Below are positions 14,136 through 54,570 of a stretch of 64,000 nucleotides of DNA, piece after piece; the first letter of the stretch is position 1, and each line of letters starts with the position of its first letter. The position numbers were made by a program, and so were the translations under genes. The stretch comes from Chrysomallon squamiferum (lineage: Eukaryota; Animalia; Mollusca). Below the pieces are notes generated by a model. It saw only the letters and a program-made list of their open reading frames with translations, made no database searches and was not told where the DNA came from. The DNA lies in NCBI GenBank assembly GCA_012295275.1, contig CM022670.1, forward strand, positions 3,534,001 to 3,598,000. The letters are read 5' to 3'.

Positions 14136-16773
14136 GTACCACTCATTTCATGTCTCTTCTCTTCTAACAAACAAATAAGCAAAGCAAAGAAACCAATGGA
14201 CGAATGAAAAAAAAAAAAAAAAAAAAAAACGAAAATTAGAAAAAGAAAAAATACTTCAGACAGAAGGAATAAATGTATTTTCACACATTGACGTAGACAG
14301 ATAAACATACAGACAGACTGACAGATACGCAGACAGACATCTGATGAATGAATTTACATAACAGAATTTACCAAAGCGAATCGTGACATAAATGAATGAA
14401 AATAACATCGCGTTAAAGAAATGATGCATTAGACTGTATCTTCTGTACAAGCCTCAGAAATCTTCGTTCAGACCCTTCGAACTACTACTACTACTACTTC
14501 TGCTACTGGAGCAACAACTACTACTATTATTACCACAATCACTGCTACTACTACTGCTACTGTTACCCCCGTTACTACTGCTGCTACTACTTAACAAAAA
14601 GTGTATTTTATTTCATGATATAAATATTTAAAAAAATGATGAAAATTTTCATCATTTTTTATTTTAATTTTCAGCTTATAAATAATATAATTTATTCTCC
14701 TTCAAAATTTGGATTCACAATAACTTAAAATCCACATATACCAAATTTCATACTTTTCCCAGAGATAAACATCACATTCACATACCAGCCATACTGAAGT
14801 AAAGACTTAAAACGCTAACATGGTTTATCTGTATTCAGCTTGTTCCAAAACAATTTTTACACCAATAATTTAAAGCGTATTCAACCTTCATAACTCTTTG
14901 GTGTAAATAAAGCTTGAAAAATGTAAGATAAATAAAAACGAAAAATACCATCAGCGATTTGAAAAGTGTTGTAGAACTTATTAAAAGATAAATCACATAC
15001 TGAATATTTTCACGTTTTCCGATACGAACATTCCATGCATTTTGTGTGGTTTGATAATTCAGCGAAACTAACGTGCGTGTTGAAAGGTCATAAACGTGTG
15101 ATAAAAGAAGTTACTTGATAGGCGAGGATAATACAACTGTCACACTACAGAGTGTAAATTTGTTGTTATTTTGTTTTCATTTTCGTTTTCATAGTTCAGT
15201 TTTGTTTTATTCGTCTGTTTTATTTTTATTTTTATTTTGTTTTTGTTTATACAAGCACATGCACATGCAGAAGTATATCCACATCATACTACTGGAATTT
15301 TTTTTTTTTTTTTTTTTGTTGAATATGTCTACTTGCACATTTCTGCTGTTAGGCATCTGTTTGACAAACACACACATTAACCTAGCACGTAAAACACGAA
15401 CTACACAAACAAGCTCGTATCTGCAACTTTAATCGTTACCTAATTAATCCGGCTTTCACCGATTGCCTTTCAAGACTGTTTTCAACGTCTCTGAATCGCA
15501 AAAACCGAACCAAACCGAATCACAAAACATTTCGTACCGTGCGTCACCAGCGACAGACTCCGACACCCAGGTTTATCAAAGCACCACCTTTCAGTCTTGC
15601 CTCTCACGTGCTTTTCAAATTAACCCTGCGCGTATCGTTGCCATAAATCAGAATTAACGAGTGTGTGTTATTAGCGTTCATCGCTAACGATGATCCCGAG
15701 CGATAGCCGGTTCAAGCGACGACCCGGGCATCGTGGATGACGTGATAGCAACGTTGGTGTCGTGTACAAACGTCAGCCCCCTTGCTACGTTGCCGCTGGA
15801 ACCGATAATGAGGGTTCGTGTGTTTGGTGGCATTTGAACCTCGCTCGTGTTAAGAGATACCGTGTCACAACCCGACCGCATAGTTAAAAATCCGGCTTTT
15901 TAAAAAGTTTTGTTTACTTAATATGACTTTAATGGCGATACTGAAAAAAATGATAAAAAGTCGAAGGCGATGTGAAGGAATTTTTCGAAATTGTAATTTT
16001 TTAGTTTTTAAAATTTTTGTTTTATTTTATTTATTTATTTATTTATTTATTTATTTTATTATTATTTAATTATTTATTTATATTATTATTATTTTTTAAT
16101 TATTTATTTATATTATTATTATTATTATTATTATTATTTAAATTATTTATTTATATTATTATTCTTATTTTTTAATTAATTATTTATTTATTTATTGCTG
16201 CTGTTGTTGTCGTCGTCGTCTTCTTTGTACATCTTCATACGTTTATGTTTGTGTGTGTTGAACATGTATGAACTCATCAATGCTCTCGTTCGTGCATCTA
16301 GCAACACGGAAGCATAACGAAAGACAGACACAGAACCAATTAATAGAAGCTACAGACAACAATCGGTCATTGAACCAGTCAGAAGTAAAACGCGAAACAA
16401 ACGAGAAAACAAAAGAAAAGAAGACACATTACGAAAGTGATCGATTAGGCTGCAATAAATCGTTTACGCAAGAAGTTTACAGGAAACAGCGTTGTGCCAG
16501 AAAGTCTGTGTGCGTCTCCAAATAGCGTGGTAATAAAGCTGAAAATGGAAAGTCTTTGTTTTCTCTGACAACAATAATGTCCCTGGAGGGAAAGGGGAAG
16601 ATAACAGAGAGATGTTTTGTAAACTGAAAATAAGTGTTTATCTGAAAAAAAATTGTGTTGTTGTAAGGTGAAAACATGAAAAACTACTGTTTATTTTTAG
16701 TTTTTTTGTTGTTTTTTTTAATTGTGTGTGTATGTCTCTCTCTGTCTGTCTATCTGTCTGTCTGTCTGTCTAG

Positions 16774-16821
<48 letters not shown>

Positions 16822-16950
16822 CTTTCTCAATCTCTCTCAATCTTTCTCAATCTCTCTCTCTCTCGCTCTTTCTCACTTTCGATATTTTTCTTTCTATTGT
16901 TTGTAACTTTCTTTTTGTAAGTCTCTCTCTTTCTATTTATTTATCTATCT

Positions 16951-16954
<4 letters not shown>

Positions 16955-17039
<85 letters not shown>
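16955..17039. repeat. (CT)n microsatellite
   Basis: Direct reading. Confidence 0.95.
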
Positions 17040-17042
<3 letters not shown>

Positions 17043-17745
17043 CTCGTCCTCCATTATGTTTTGTAAGAACATTACTGATTTTAGTCTTAATTTCTTTTCT
17101 TCTTCTTCTTAGTCCTTTTTTTTGATTATTACTGTGATGTTGTCTGTACAACTCATTAAGAATACTCATCGAAAAAATATGTTTGAAATTATCCGTTAAG
17201 TAAGCTAATTGAGACAAATAAGCCAAAGATGGTTTTTTTTTAATTAAATGCAACTTGTAGGTAATGAGGGGATTATAAAACATTATGTGGTAGCCAAGTT
17301 TAATAACCACGAAGTTTGGCTTTTTCTGTCTTTTCTTTTTTTTTTTTTTTTTTTTTTTTTTCTTTTATTTTTTTAAATTGAGATAATAATTTTGACGTTG
17401 CTAAATTATTGGTTAGGAGTAATCGCAGATGTTAGGGTTAAAATGAAATGCGTGTTACTTTGAATTCTTTGTAGGATTTTCTTTCTTTTTTTTTTCTTCT
17501 TATTCTGTCTCTGTCTTTTTTTTTATTTGTGCCTCTCTATTTTTCTCTCTCAATCTGTTCCAATCACGCTGTCTCTCTGTCTGTCCGTGTCTTTCTTTCT
17601 CTCTCTCTGTCTCACACATACACACACAAACGCAAAAGTTAGATCAAATGATATGCGAATGAATATAAAAAAAAAGATTCATGGCTGCTAACTGAAACAG
17701 CGCTGGACGAAGATTGGTGAGTTTTCTCTCTTTATCGCAACATAA

Positions 17746-17800
17746 CTCGGTGAGTGGGATTCGAACCCCGCGTCTTTCAGCTTTTAAACCACTTAGTCGC
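17746..17800 (-). pseudogene. tRNA-like remnant (pseudo-tRNA or SINE head)
   Basis: - strand: A-box-like gactaagtggttt and B-box/T-arm ggggttcgaatccc; no anticodon arm or acceptor stem. Confidence 0.5.
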
Positions 17801-19546
17801 GGATGCATTTGCCTCCTCAGAAGTTCAGAGACTTTGAAAAGAGACGCGATTTTCAGGAAATGTATTAATCTCTTACGTTAAACTGCCGATATCGTTTTCG
17901 TTCTGCCAGTACGAATTAGCTGAGCTAATATTTTCAACTAATTCAATTAACACTTCAGACTGCGGACGAGCTTGCACTAACAGACGGTGCAAGATGGGAT
18001 GATGCAATATCTGCTATATATATCAACATAGCTGACACCTCAATGCATCACAGGATGGGTTTTCCTGGTCATCGAGTTCGCTTGGCATTAGCAACCAATG
18101 AAAACACGAGTATACCGACACACCTCCAATTCAACATAAGCCAATCGACCAATGAAATTCCAAAGCATTTGTGTTCAAATGTTCAACGTGTAAAAAAAAA
18201 AAAAATAAAAAAAAAAAAAAAAACTCTCGCTCACATATACATACATACATACAAACAAAAATCATTAAACTATATTCCATAAATTTTTCGCTTGTATGAT
18301 GCAAGAATAATGCTGGTAGAGAAATAATTATATTGTGAAATCTTCAAAGGGGATTGTAAGAGTCGAGGACGGTGTGAACCGATACATAGGTTTCGACGCC
18401 AGCAGGCAGTCAGTCGTAAATGCTCACTCCTTTCAAGCGACGGTAACAAAGTCTGACACGAATTTTTTGACGTTTATTGCGCCATCTTATTGACGATATC
18501 TAATGAATAAGAGATCTTTCATACAGATAAAACTTGAAAAGTCTGATAAATGAAAAGTAATAATAAATAATGTTAACAAATAAAAAATAAAAATAGTAAG
18601 ACGAAAATAAAGAGATAAAAAAAGAAGAAGAAAAAAAGCACACACTAACAAAGCATGTGTCATTTCTAAAGGGCCAAACTTAACCACGACTTACGGGTGT
18701 CTCTCAATAGCATTCAACTGAAGTAAGAAAAACGTAAATGGTATTTATAACATTCTAAGCATAGCTAAGTAACGAAACTAACCACACACTACATATATTT
18801 AATCATTCTATTTCTGAACGTAGTTGCATGAATGAAGAAGCTCGGTAAAGCAAATAACTCGAGTGTTTCGTGTATCTGGAGAGTACACATGTAAGTATAA
18901 TCCATACGGTAACGAGCATAATTTTATACACAGGTTTTGGCACTCTTTTCTGCAACGACTGGTTTCAAGAATGCAGAAAATGCCGTGATGTTGAAATAAA
19001 AAAAAAATCTAAAAATAAATTTTCAGAGGAGGTAAAAAAAGAAAAAAAAATTAGTAAAAAAAAGAAAAATTTGAAAAAGAAAAAGAAGCGGAAGAACGGT
19101 GTCTTCTTATTAATTTATCGAGGTAATTATGAAAAATGAAGGGGCGGAAACAGCGATATGAAATCTTGATAAGCCTTCTTGTTTGCACCGTTATCTTGCG
19201 GGAAGATTAAATAACGGTTTCAATGCAAATATAGGTAAACACATCAGACCATAAAGTAGGATGTTTTGGTCCCTCATGTCTACCGTCTAGCCACGTGATT
19301 TGGCGTAAAAAAAAATTCATTTCACGTCTTTTGTTCTAACAATCTGTTTGTTTTAAAAAAAAAAAAAAAACGTTCTCTTCTTCTTCTCTCAGTTGCAGGA
19401 ACCCTTTACCTGTTTCAGGGAACTCGCTGAACGCTGCCCATCTACTGGAGTCGCAAGAAGAGGAGGCTCCATCTCGGGTACATGCGTGCCCGTGCAGTCG
19501 TTTTCTTTGTGATCGCGGACTGTTACACGGGTGGACTGTGAGAAAT

Positions 19547-32728
<13,182 letters not shown>

Positions 32729-34569
32729 AATAGAAGTAGCGTAGGAAAATAAAAATTTAATTATTAAAGAACGTCGAAGCACATGGATCTATTTCTACCT
32801 CCAAATATTCTGACTCATCTTGTCAGCTTTTGAGTTTTATTTTTCTGACTACTCACAAAGCTTTATATTTAACAAGAATGTACATATGGACTAGAATAAG
32901 GATTGTAAACTGTAGATGGTGATAAGAGATGTAAAAGAAATTCTGAAGATGATTTGAAAAAAAAAAACATGGCCAAAGAAATCAGTGAAATTATTTTGTG
33001 TATATATATTTATATGGCTAACATTAATAATAAAATTAATTTAATCTAACATTATTAAATTATTAAAAATGTGAATAAAAATTTTTTTTTTTTTTTTTTT
33101 TTTTTGAAAGGCCTTAGTGTACAAACCACAATGACAATTTCTGAAGCACCTAAAAGTGTTTTAATACTGTATAACTTTCGGAAACACATTCGTGTTTCTG
33201 GTTTACTAAAGACTGCTTCTTTTTTTTTTTTTTTTTGTCTGACGTCATAGCTGACAAGAAAATACAAATTTTGATTGGTCGAGAAATATCGATTATGAAT
33301 ATTAATTTCTGTTCTTTCCTACAGCATCCGGAAATTTCGAAATGCGTACACCATCTTACGAAACATGGATCTATACAAAAATGAAATAAAAGAGTAAGAA
33401 TTTATAAGTATCTCTTGACGATATTTATTTATGAACTATTTACAGTAAGCATACTTATAAATTATGTTCGGGAGTAGTCGAGGAGAAACCAGGTTTTTTT
33501 GCAGAATTTCACTCGAAGAAATCACCGTTATTTTATCCTAGTACTGCACCATGGGTGTTGAAGCTGTTGATTTAAAGAGCTGGTTGGAACAGGAAATCAA
33601 GTATCATTATCTACTGAAACGGCATTCCAATGTGATGCACTCTACTTCAGTAATAATTACATCATTACAGATAATATGTGCAGAGAACAGCAAAAACCGT
33701 TACAGACCAAACGTTATCATAGCAAGTAAAAGGGAAAATTATTTTCAGCATTTCTTGGAAATCGACTAAAAAACTTCAAGAAAGTTTTGAAGACCTGTGC
33801 ATGTTCTGTGAAACAACTTCAATATTGTACAAACGTTTTTAAACCCACAGTTTCGTTCTTTGAATCTAATTACCCAGATATATTTATGCAGACGACGTTC
33901 CGAAACATTTTTGACACGGGGATGTAGTGTTAGTTCTTCTGAAAAACAAAATGGTGGTGTATCGTTCTCAAAATACAGACAGACTTTATATATTTGGTGT
34001 AGTTGATCATGACATTGTTATTTTGTTATAGTTTTGTGTTAGTCTTCATAATTATGTGTTACGTGTGTTAAAAACAAGAGAAGTTATATTTTCTTATTAC
34101 TTCAGCGGCGAAATTTGTTTGTGTAACTATTTATCACTGTCACGTATGTATAGTATATATTTATAAAATACTTGTTAAGGGAAGCAACTCTAACAGATCT
34201 AATAGTTTAATCAGAATACACTCCCTTGGCATTTTGGACCATTTGACTGTAAAACAGTACGACATCATTACTAATTTTGTTATTATTCATCCTGTCCATC
34301 TCGCCAGTGTTTCATATGCAGCCTGTTTCACTTTTACTCTCGTTTCAAATTCTTAAACGTAATTTATTTTTGACACTCTACTTCATTTATGCCATCGTTA
34401 TATAAATACGAGTATAAGAATGAACAAGCTGAAAAAAGCTTTGTTAGATCAGAAAATTTTTAAATTAAAATATATTCCGCCTGGTAACAGCTAATTTTTA
34501 ATGCAAGATATTTTCTGAATTTCTAAATCGTTGAAATCTCCGTCATCTGTATTTATTTACTCTTTGTAA

Positions 34570-34694
34570 GTGCCATCCTAAGTTTCCTCGAGGAAAAAAC
34601 CGAAAAAGGTTTGTGCCATAATTTCACCAGTTACTTTCATGTTAGTGCCATAGCTTCACTGGCAGTATTTATTTTCTTTGACATTTGTGCCATA
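34570..34694 (+). promoter_or_regulatory. Cluster of four GTGCCAT (miR-183/miR-263a-type seed) sites in the PVF 3'UTR
   Basis: GTGCCAT at 34570; GTGCCATA at 34613, 34645 and 34687. Confidence 0.6.
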
Positions 34695-34764
34695 ATGTTA
34701 GTACCAGTCAAGGCGAATAGTTAATGGTATCAAGTTTCTATATGCTATTTGAGATTTTGTCGAA

Positions 34765-34778
34765 ATTATTACTACTAC

Positions 34779-34845
<67 letters not shown>

Positions 34846-35021
34846 TTATTTATTTTTTATTATTTTATTGATTTATTTTTTATTGATTTATTTTTTTTTT
34901 ATAATTTTTTTAAAATTTATTTATTTACTTTATTTACTTATTTATGTATTTTATTTTTTATTATTATTTTTATTTCATTTAATTTATTTATTTAAATTTT
35001 TATTGTTTATTTATTTATTTT

Positions 35022-35052
<31 letters not shown>

Positions 35053-35055
35053 TTC
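34765..35055. repeat. (TTA)n/(TTTA)n tract inside the PVF 3'UTR
   Basis: Direct reading; generates many ATTTA pentamers. Confidence 0.9.
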
Positions 35056-35332
35056 ACTTTTTTTGATGTGGTGTTTTTGGTTTGGTAGATAGGAATCATA
35101 AAACTTCAGCAAGGCACCGAAGTCCACAGTCTAAACCGTTGATGTAGCTGTATCTTGTAATTTACCCCACAAACGTGCCTTATTCACTGGCACAGGCATT
35201 TAAACCTACATGTACTAGGGCATGTGACGATATTCTTTAATGACGAGAGAAATGCTTTTGTTTCTCAAAATAATGTGTTATCCTTGTCTTATTATTGCGA
35301 TTTTTGTTCTCTAAAATTTTGTTCGGGTACAG

Positions 35333-35389
<57 letters not shown>

Positions 35390-35629
35390 TCTCTTCCTTA
35401 TATTTTATAGAAGTAATCACGTACAGTTATTAACACTGTGAAATATTAATACTATTATATAACCGTTACGTCACGTTTCGAAATTCATGAATATGCAAAT
35501 ACAATAAACTAACTGTGCGTGTTATTAAATGTTTGTTTATATACTCTGTTGCTATTAGTGATGACGGGGTGACGTCAGCTCCTCGATATTTGTTTTTCTT
35601 TATAAAAATGATGTCATGTTACTGTACGT

Positions 35630-35635
35630 AATAAA
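35630..35635 (+). terminator. Candidate polyadenylation signal of PVF (implies about 2.9 kb 3'UTR)
   Basis: AATAAA preceded by TGTA and followed by GU/U-rich tctgttgtcttt. Confidence 0.5.
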
Positions 35636-35695
35636 ATCAAAGTATACATTTAAATTACTCTGTTGTCTTTAATATAACACACCCACACAAGCACG

Positions 35696-35697
<2 letters not shown>

Positions 35698-35768
<71 letters not shown>
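35698..35768. repeat. (CA)n between the two convergent 3' ends
   Basis: Direct reading. Confidence 0.95.
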
Positions 35769-35769
<1 letters not shown>

Positions 35770-35963
35770 CTTTATCTAGAGGATCTATAACATTTTTTTC
35801 AGTCAGTACAAAAACATAAAATTTTCTACATTTTAAATATTAAAAACATGGTCATATAATTATTAAAAAAAAAAAATTTTTTTAAAAAAATAAAAAAAAT
35901 AAAAAGAAAGAAAATGTCATTGCTTTGACAAGCTAAAATGATCACTGGCATTTTATATAAACA

Positions 35964-35969
35964 TTTATT
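35964..35969 (-). terminator. Candidate distal polyadenylation signal of beta-tubulin
   Basis: AATAAA on - strand with T-rich downstream tract; alternatives at 36212-36217, 36521-36526 and inside the MITE. Confidence 0.35.
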
Positions 35970-36339
35970 CTGAATTACAAATACTACGATTTACATAAAC
36001 AGTGAATTTACTGTTTCTACTAGGAAAACGTAGTCATAAAATTCAAATAAAATAAAAGATCAATAAGGATACTATACCAATAATAATAAAAAATGTATAC
36101 AAATATTTTAAGTTGTGTTGGTGGTAGTAGTAGAAGTGTGAGAAAAAACAATTTACAAAATAAATAACATTAAATTAAAACAGGAACAAATACACAGTGA
36201 ACAAAAAGTATTTTATTGCTAAATAGAAAATGAAATGGTATATATATTTAACATGATTTTACAATACTTGGAGAGAAAGTCGATATCTGTCAACAACAGT
36301 ATAAAGAAAAATGAAAAATTAGTAATGATGATGATGATG

Positions 36340-36397
<58 letters not shown>

Positions 36398-37065
36398 TAA
36401 TAACAATAATAATAGTAATAATAATAAATTATACTCCTGTGTAATTAATTAATTTTATTTTTATTTTAATTTTAAATACAAATAGAAAATTATGATCTTT
36501 CAGCATTTTCAAATCAAACCTTTATTAGTTTTGCTTTGTTGTATAATACACTATTAATATTTGAAGGTTAATTAGTTTAATATGTAAATGAATATTCACT
36601 AATTCCATGCAAGTAAAGAGAACTGGTAATAGTCACGTAATAATAGTAGTTGCTTAGTAACAGTATGGAAAAAAAAAAACCCCAGCAGTTTATTATCAGT
36701 ATTAATACAAAATGTAGTTGCAGTAATAGTTTAGTAGTAGTAGTAGTAGTAATTGTAGTAGTTGTAATAGTAGTAGTAGCAGTACCTGTACTAACAGTAG
36801 TTGCGTCATAGTAATAGTAGGAGAAGCACTAGTTATATTAGTAGTATCAGCAACAGCAGTATAACACCAAAAACAGAAGAAGCAGTAGTTATATTAGTAT
36901 CATCAGCAGCAGCAGTAGTAGAAGTAGCAGTAACTGCAATATAATGTTAATAGTAGCAGAACAAAGCTGTAACAGTATTCATAGTATTATTGTACAAGAC
37001 ACACAGGCAATAGTGATGATAGCCGAAGAAATACTTAAGTAACCCTAGCAATAATAATGTCAGTA

Positions 37066-37329
37066 CATGGCCGTAACTAGATTCTTTTTGAAATGAGGCA
37101 AAAACAATTAATTGGTCGAGGACCTAAGGCCCTCAGAAGCTCCTACTAGTTTCTATAGGAATAGAGATTTATATTTTATATTTTTTAAATAAATCTTTTT
37201 TTATTTATTTTTTTTTTTTTTTTAACAAACAAATTTAAAAAAATAAAAATATAAATAAATAAATAAATAAGAATAAAAATCACATCAGTTTCGGTATGAG
37301 GCATTTGCCTCAGTGTAGTTACGGCCATG
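37066..37329. mobile_element. MITE copy 1 (CATGG...CCATG ends, 5-bp TSD CAGTA)
   Basis: Perfect 14-bp TIR CATGGCCGTAACTA at 37066-37079 and 37316-37329; CAGTA on both flanks. Confidence 0.8.
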
Positions 37330-37611
37330 CAGTAGCAACTGTTCACAAAAATGCCTATGAAGCTACACAATGGGCCATTAAATAATGATTGTTAGAAAAT
37401 ATCACAATGTTGAATGTACGGCGACATTAACAAAATGGACGGATATGACAATAATTATATGTTCTGTATAAGTGAACAAGAAAACGTTTTTAAAAAGTTA
37501 CACAAATAATTATATGAACGGAATGTATGTGAACATGAAGGTGGTCAAGCGATAATGTCCGTAAAAGAGATTTATGAAGAAAACAAACTGGGAGTTGTTA
37601 GTGTGGAGCGG

Positions 37612-52651
<15,040 letters not shown>

Positions 52652-52701
52652 GTTGTAGAGTTAATCACTGATTTCTATCTAGACTCGATTCACATGCGCG
52701 C

Positions 52702-52710
52702 TATTTTATA
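52702..52710 (-). promoter_or_regulatory. TATA box of beta-tubulin
   Basis: TATAAAATA about 55 nt upstream of the ATG; Inr-like TCAGT at 52671-52667. Confidence 0.5.
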
Positions 52711-54320
52711 CCACAATCACACACCTAACTCTACGTCCGCGCAAAATAGTTCCTCCAACAAAACACGCCTACATTTTTGTTTCTCTGATTTACGGACATT
52801 TTTACAGAACAGACATGATTGTTAAAGAATATACAGTATCTCCGTGGGCTTTGTTTTGTTTTGTTGTTGTTGGGGTATTTTTTATATTTTTTTATAAATT
52901 AACCCCCTGTACAAGTAGTACATTATAATTAAAGGCGGTCGTAATTTTCAAAGCGGATGAATATTTTAAGATCTAATTTGGAAGAGTTAAGAAACCAGTG
53001 GGCAAACGATTTTCATCGTTGCTAGGGTAAACGATACAAACAAAAACAAAAACAAACAAACAAACAAACAAAAAGCTTATTTATAGGTGTTTACGTCTTT
53101 GTTCGCTGGCGTCATTGCTTTCGTTATATATGTAAGAAACTGCTGTATGGATTTCAAACAGTTCATATCTGTGTGTGTATAGTGTTTGTCTCTTTATGAA
53201 TATCTATGTAGTATGTATGTATGTATGAATGATGTATGTCCTATGAATATAATGTACATGTGTATGTATGATGCATGTATGTTTGTAAATGAATATGTAT
53301 GATATATGTATGATGTATTTCCTATGAATATAATATATGTATGTATGTTCATGTGTATGTATGATGTATTTACCATCAATATATGTATATATGATCTATT
53401 TCCTATTAATATTTATATGTATGTATATATGTATGTACGTATGTATGTATATATGTATGTATGTATATATGTATGTATGCATGTCTACAGACACTGATTA
53501 TGTTTGTGTGTGCGTAAAAAGTTAGATACGTATGTAGGTATTTGTATTTATATATGAAAGTAGATGTGTATAAATTATATGCACGATAATAATAATAAAA
53601 AAAATCTCATAAAATAAGATTTTTAGATAACTTCTTATGTTACCTCTTAAACGTCAAATCTTCTCTGTCAAGCAAAATCATAAACGTTTTAGCATGTTAG
53701 AATTTACATTATCACGAATATTCAGACAATTACTTAACAGTTACTTCTACGAATAAATGTCTCAAAGTCGAAGAATGATTTTTATTACAAATAAGAGAAG
53801 AAAAGGCGCTTTAAGAAAGGGAGGAAACAACGAGAAAAGAAAAGACAAAAAACAAAAACGTCACGAACTTATGTCGTTCTGCAAGTTTGTAAATACCGTA
53901 AGGCTTCGCATGCATTCGCTTATCACAAACAAACGGTTAAAATTACATGGTCCAAAAAGGTTTTTCAAAAAATGCTTTACAATAATTTGTTAGCCATTTT
54001 GCTTTAACGGGATTAAACCTAACGGGGGGCCACGTGTTTATCACAGCACGGAATTAATTTTGAACAAAAACAACTATAATGATGTGTTGATCGTGTTATC
54101 GTTTTATGACTGTTATTATTATTATTATACTACTTCTGTTACTTGAAACAATACGACGACTACATTTACTGATATTACCTATATTACTACAATAGCAACA
54201 ACAACAACATCGACTGCTATTGTCGTTGTTGGTAAATTGTTATCACTGTCATTGTTGACTGAATAAAGTTGTGGATGGATATCTGGATGAATGGAAAAAC
54301 GTAATTATGTATGTATATAT

Positions 54321-54570
54321 CATGGCAATAACTACACTGAGGCAAATGAGGTAAATGACCATTATTTTTAAAAAAATTATTATTATTATTATACATAAAT
54401 TTTATTTTAAAAATATAAAATATAAATCTCTATTCCACTGAATGAATTTGTTTATGTCTACCGTTACCGTTTGAAGCCACCTGACCCATCGCCCTAAATG
54501 TTTTTGCCCCGCTCCGCTCGGCGATAAAGTGTTTTTGCCTCATTTAAAAAAGAGTCTAGTTGCGACCATG
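54321..54570. mobile_element. MITE copy 2, same family, opposite orientation (5-bp TSD TATAT)
   Basis: Ends catggcaataactacactgaggcaaatg and tgtttttgcctcatttaaaaaagagtctagttgcgaccatg match the two ends of copy 1. Confidence 0.8.
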
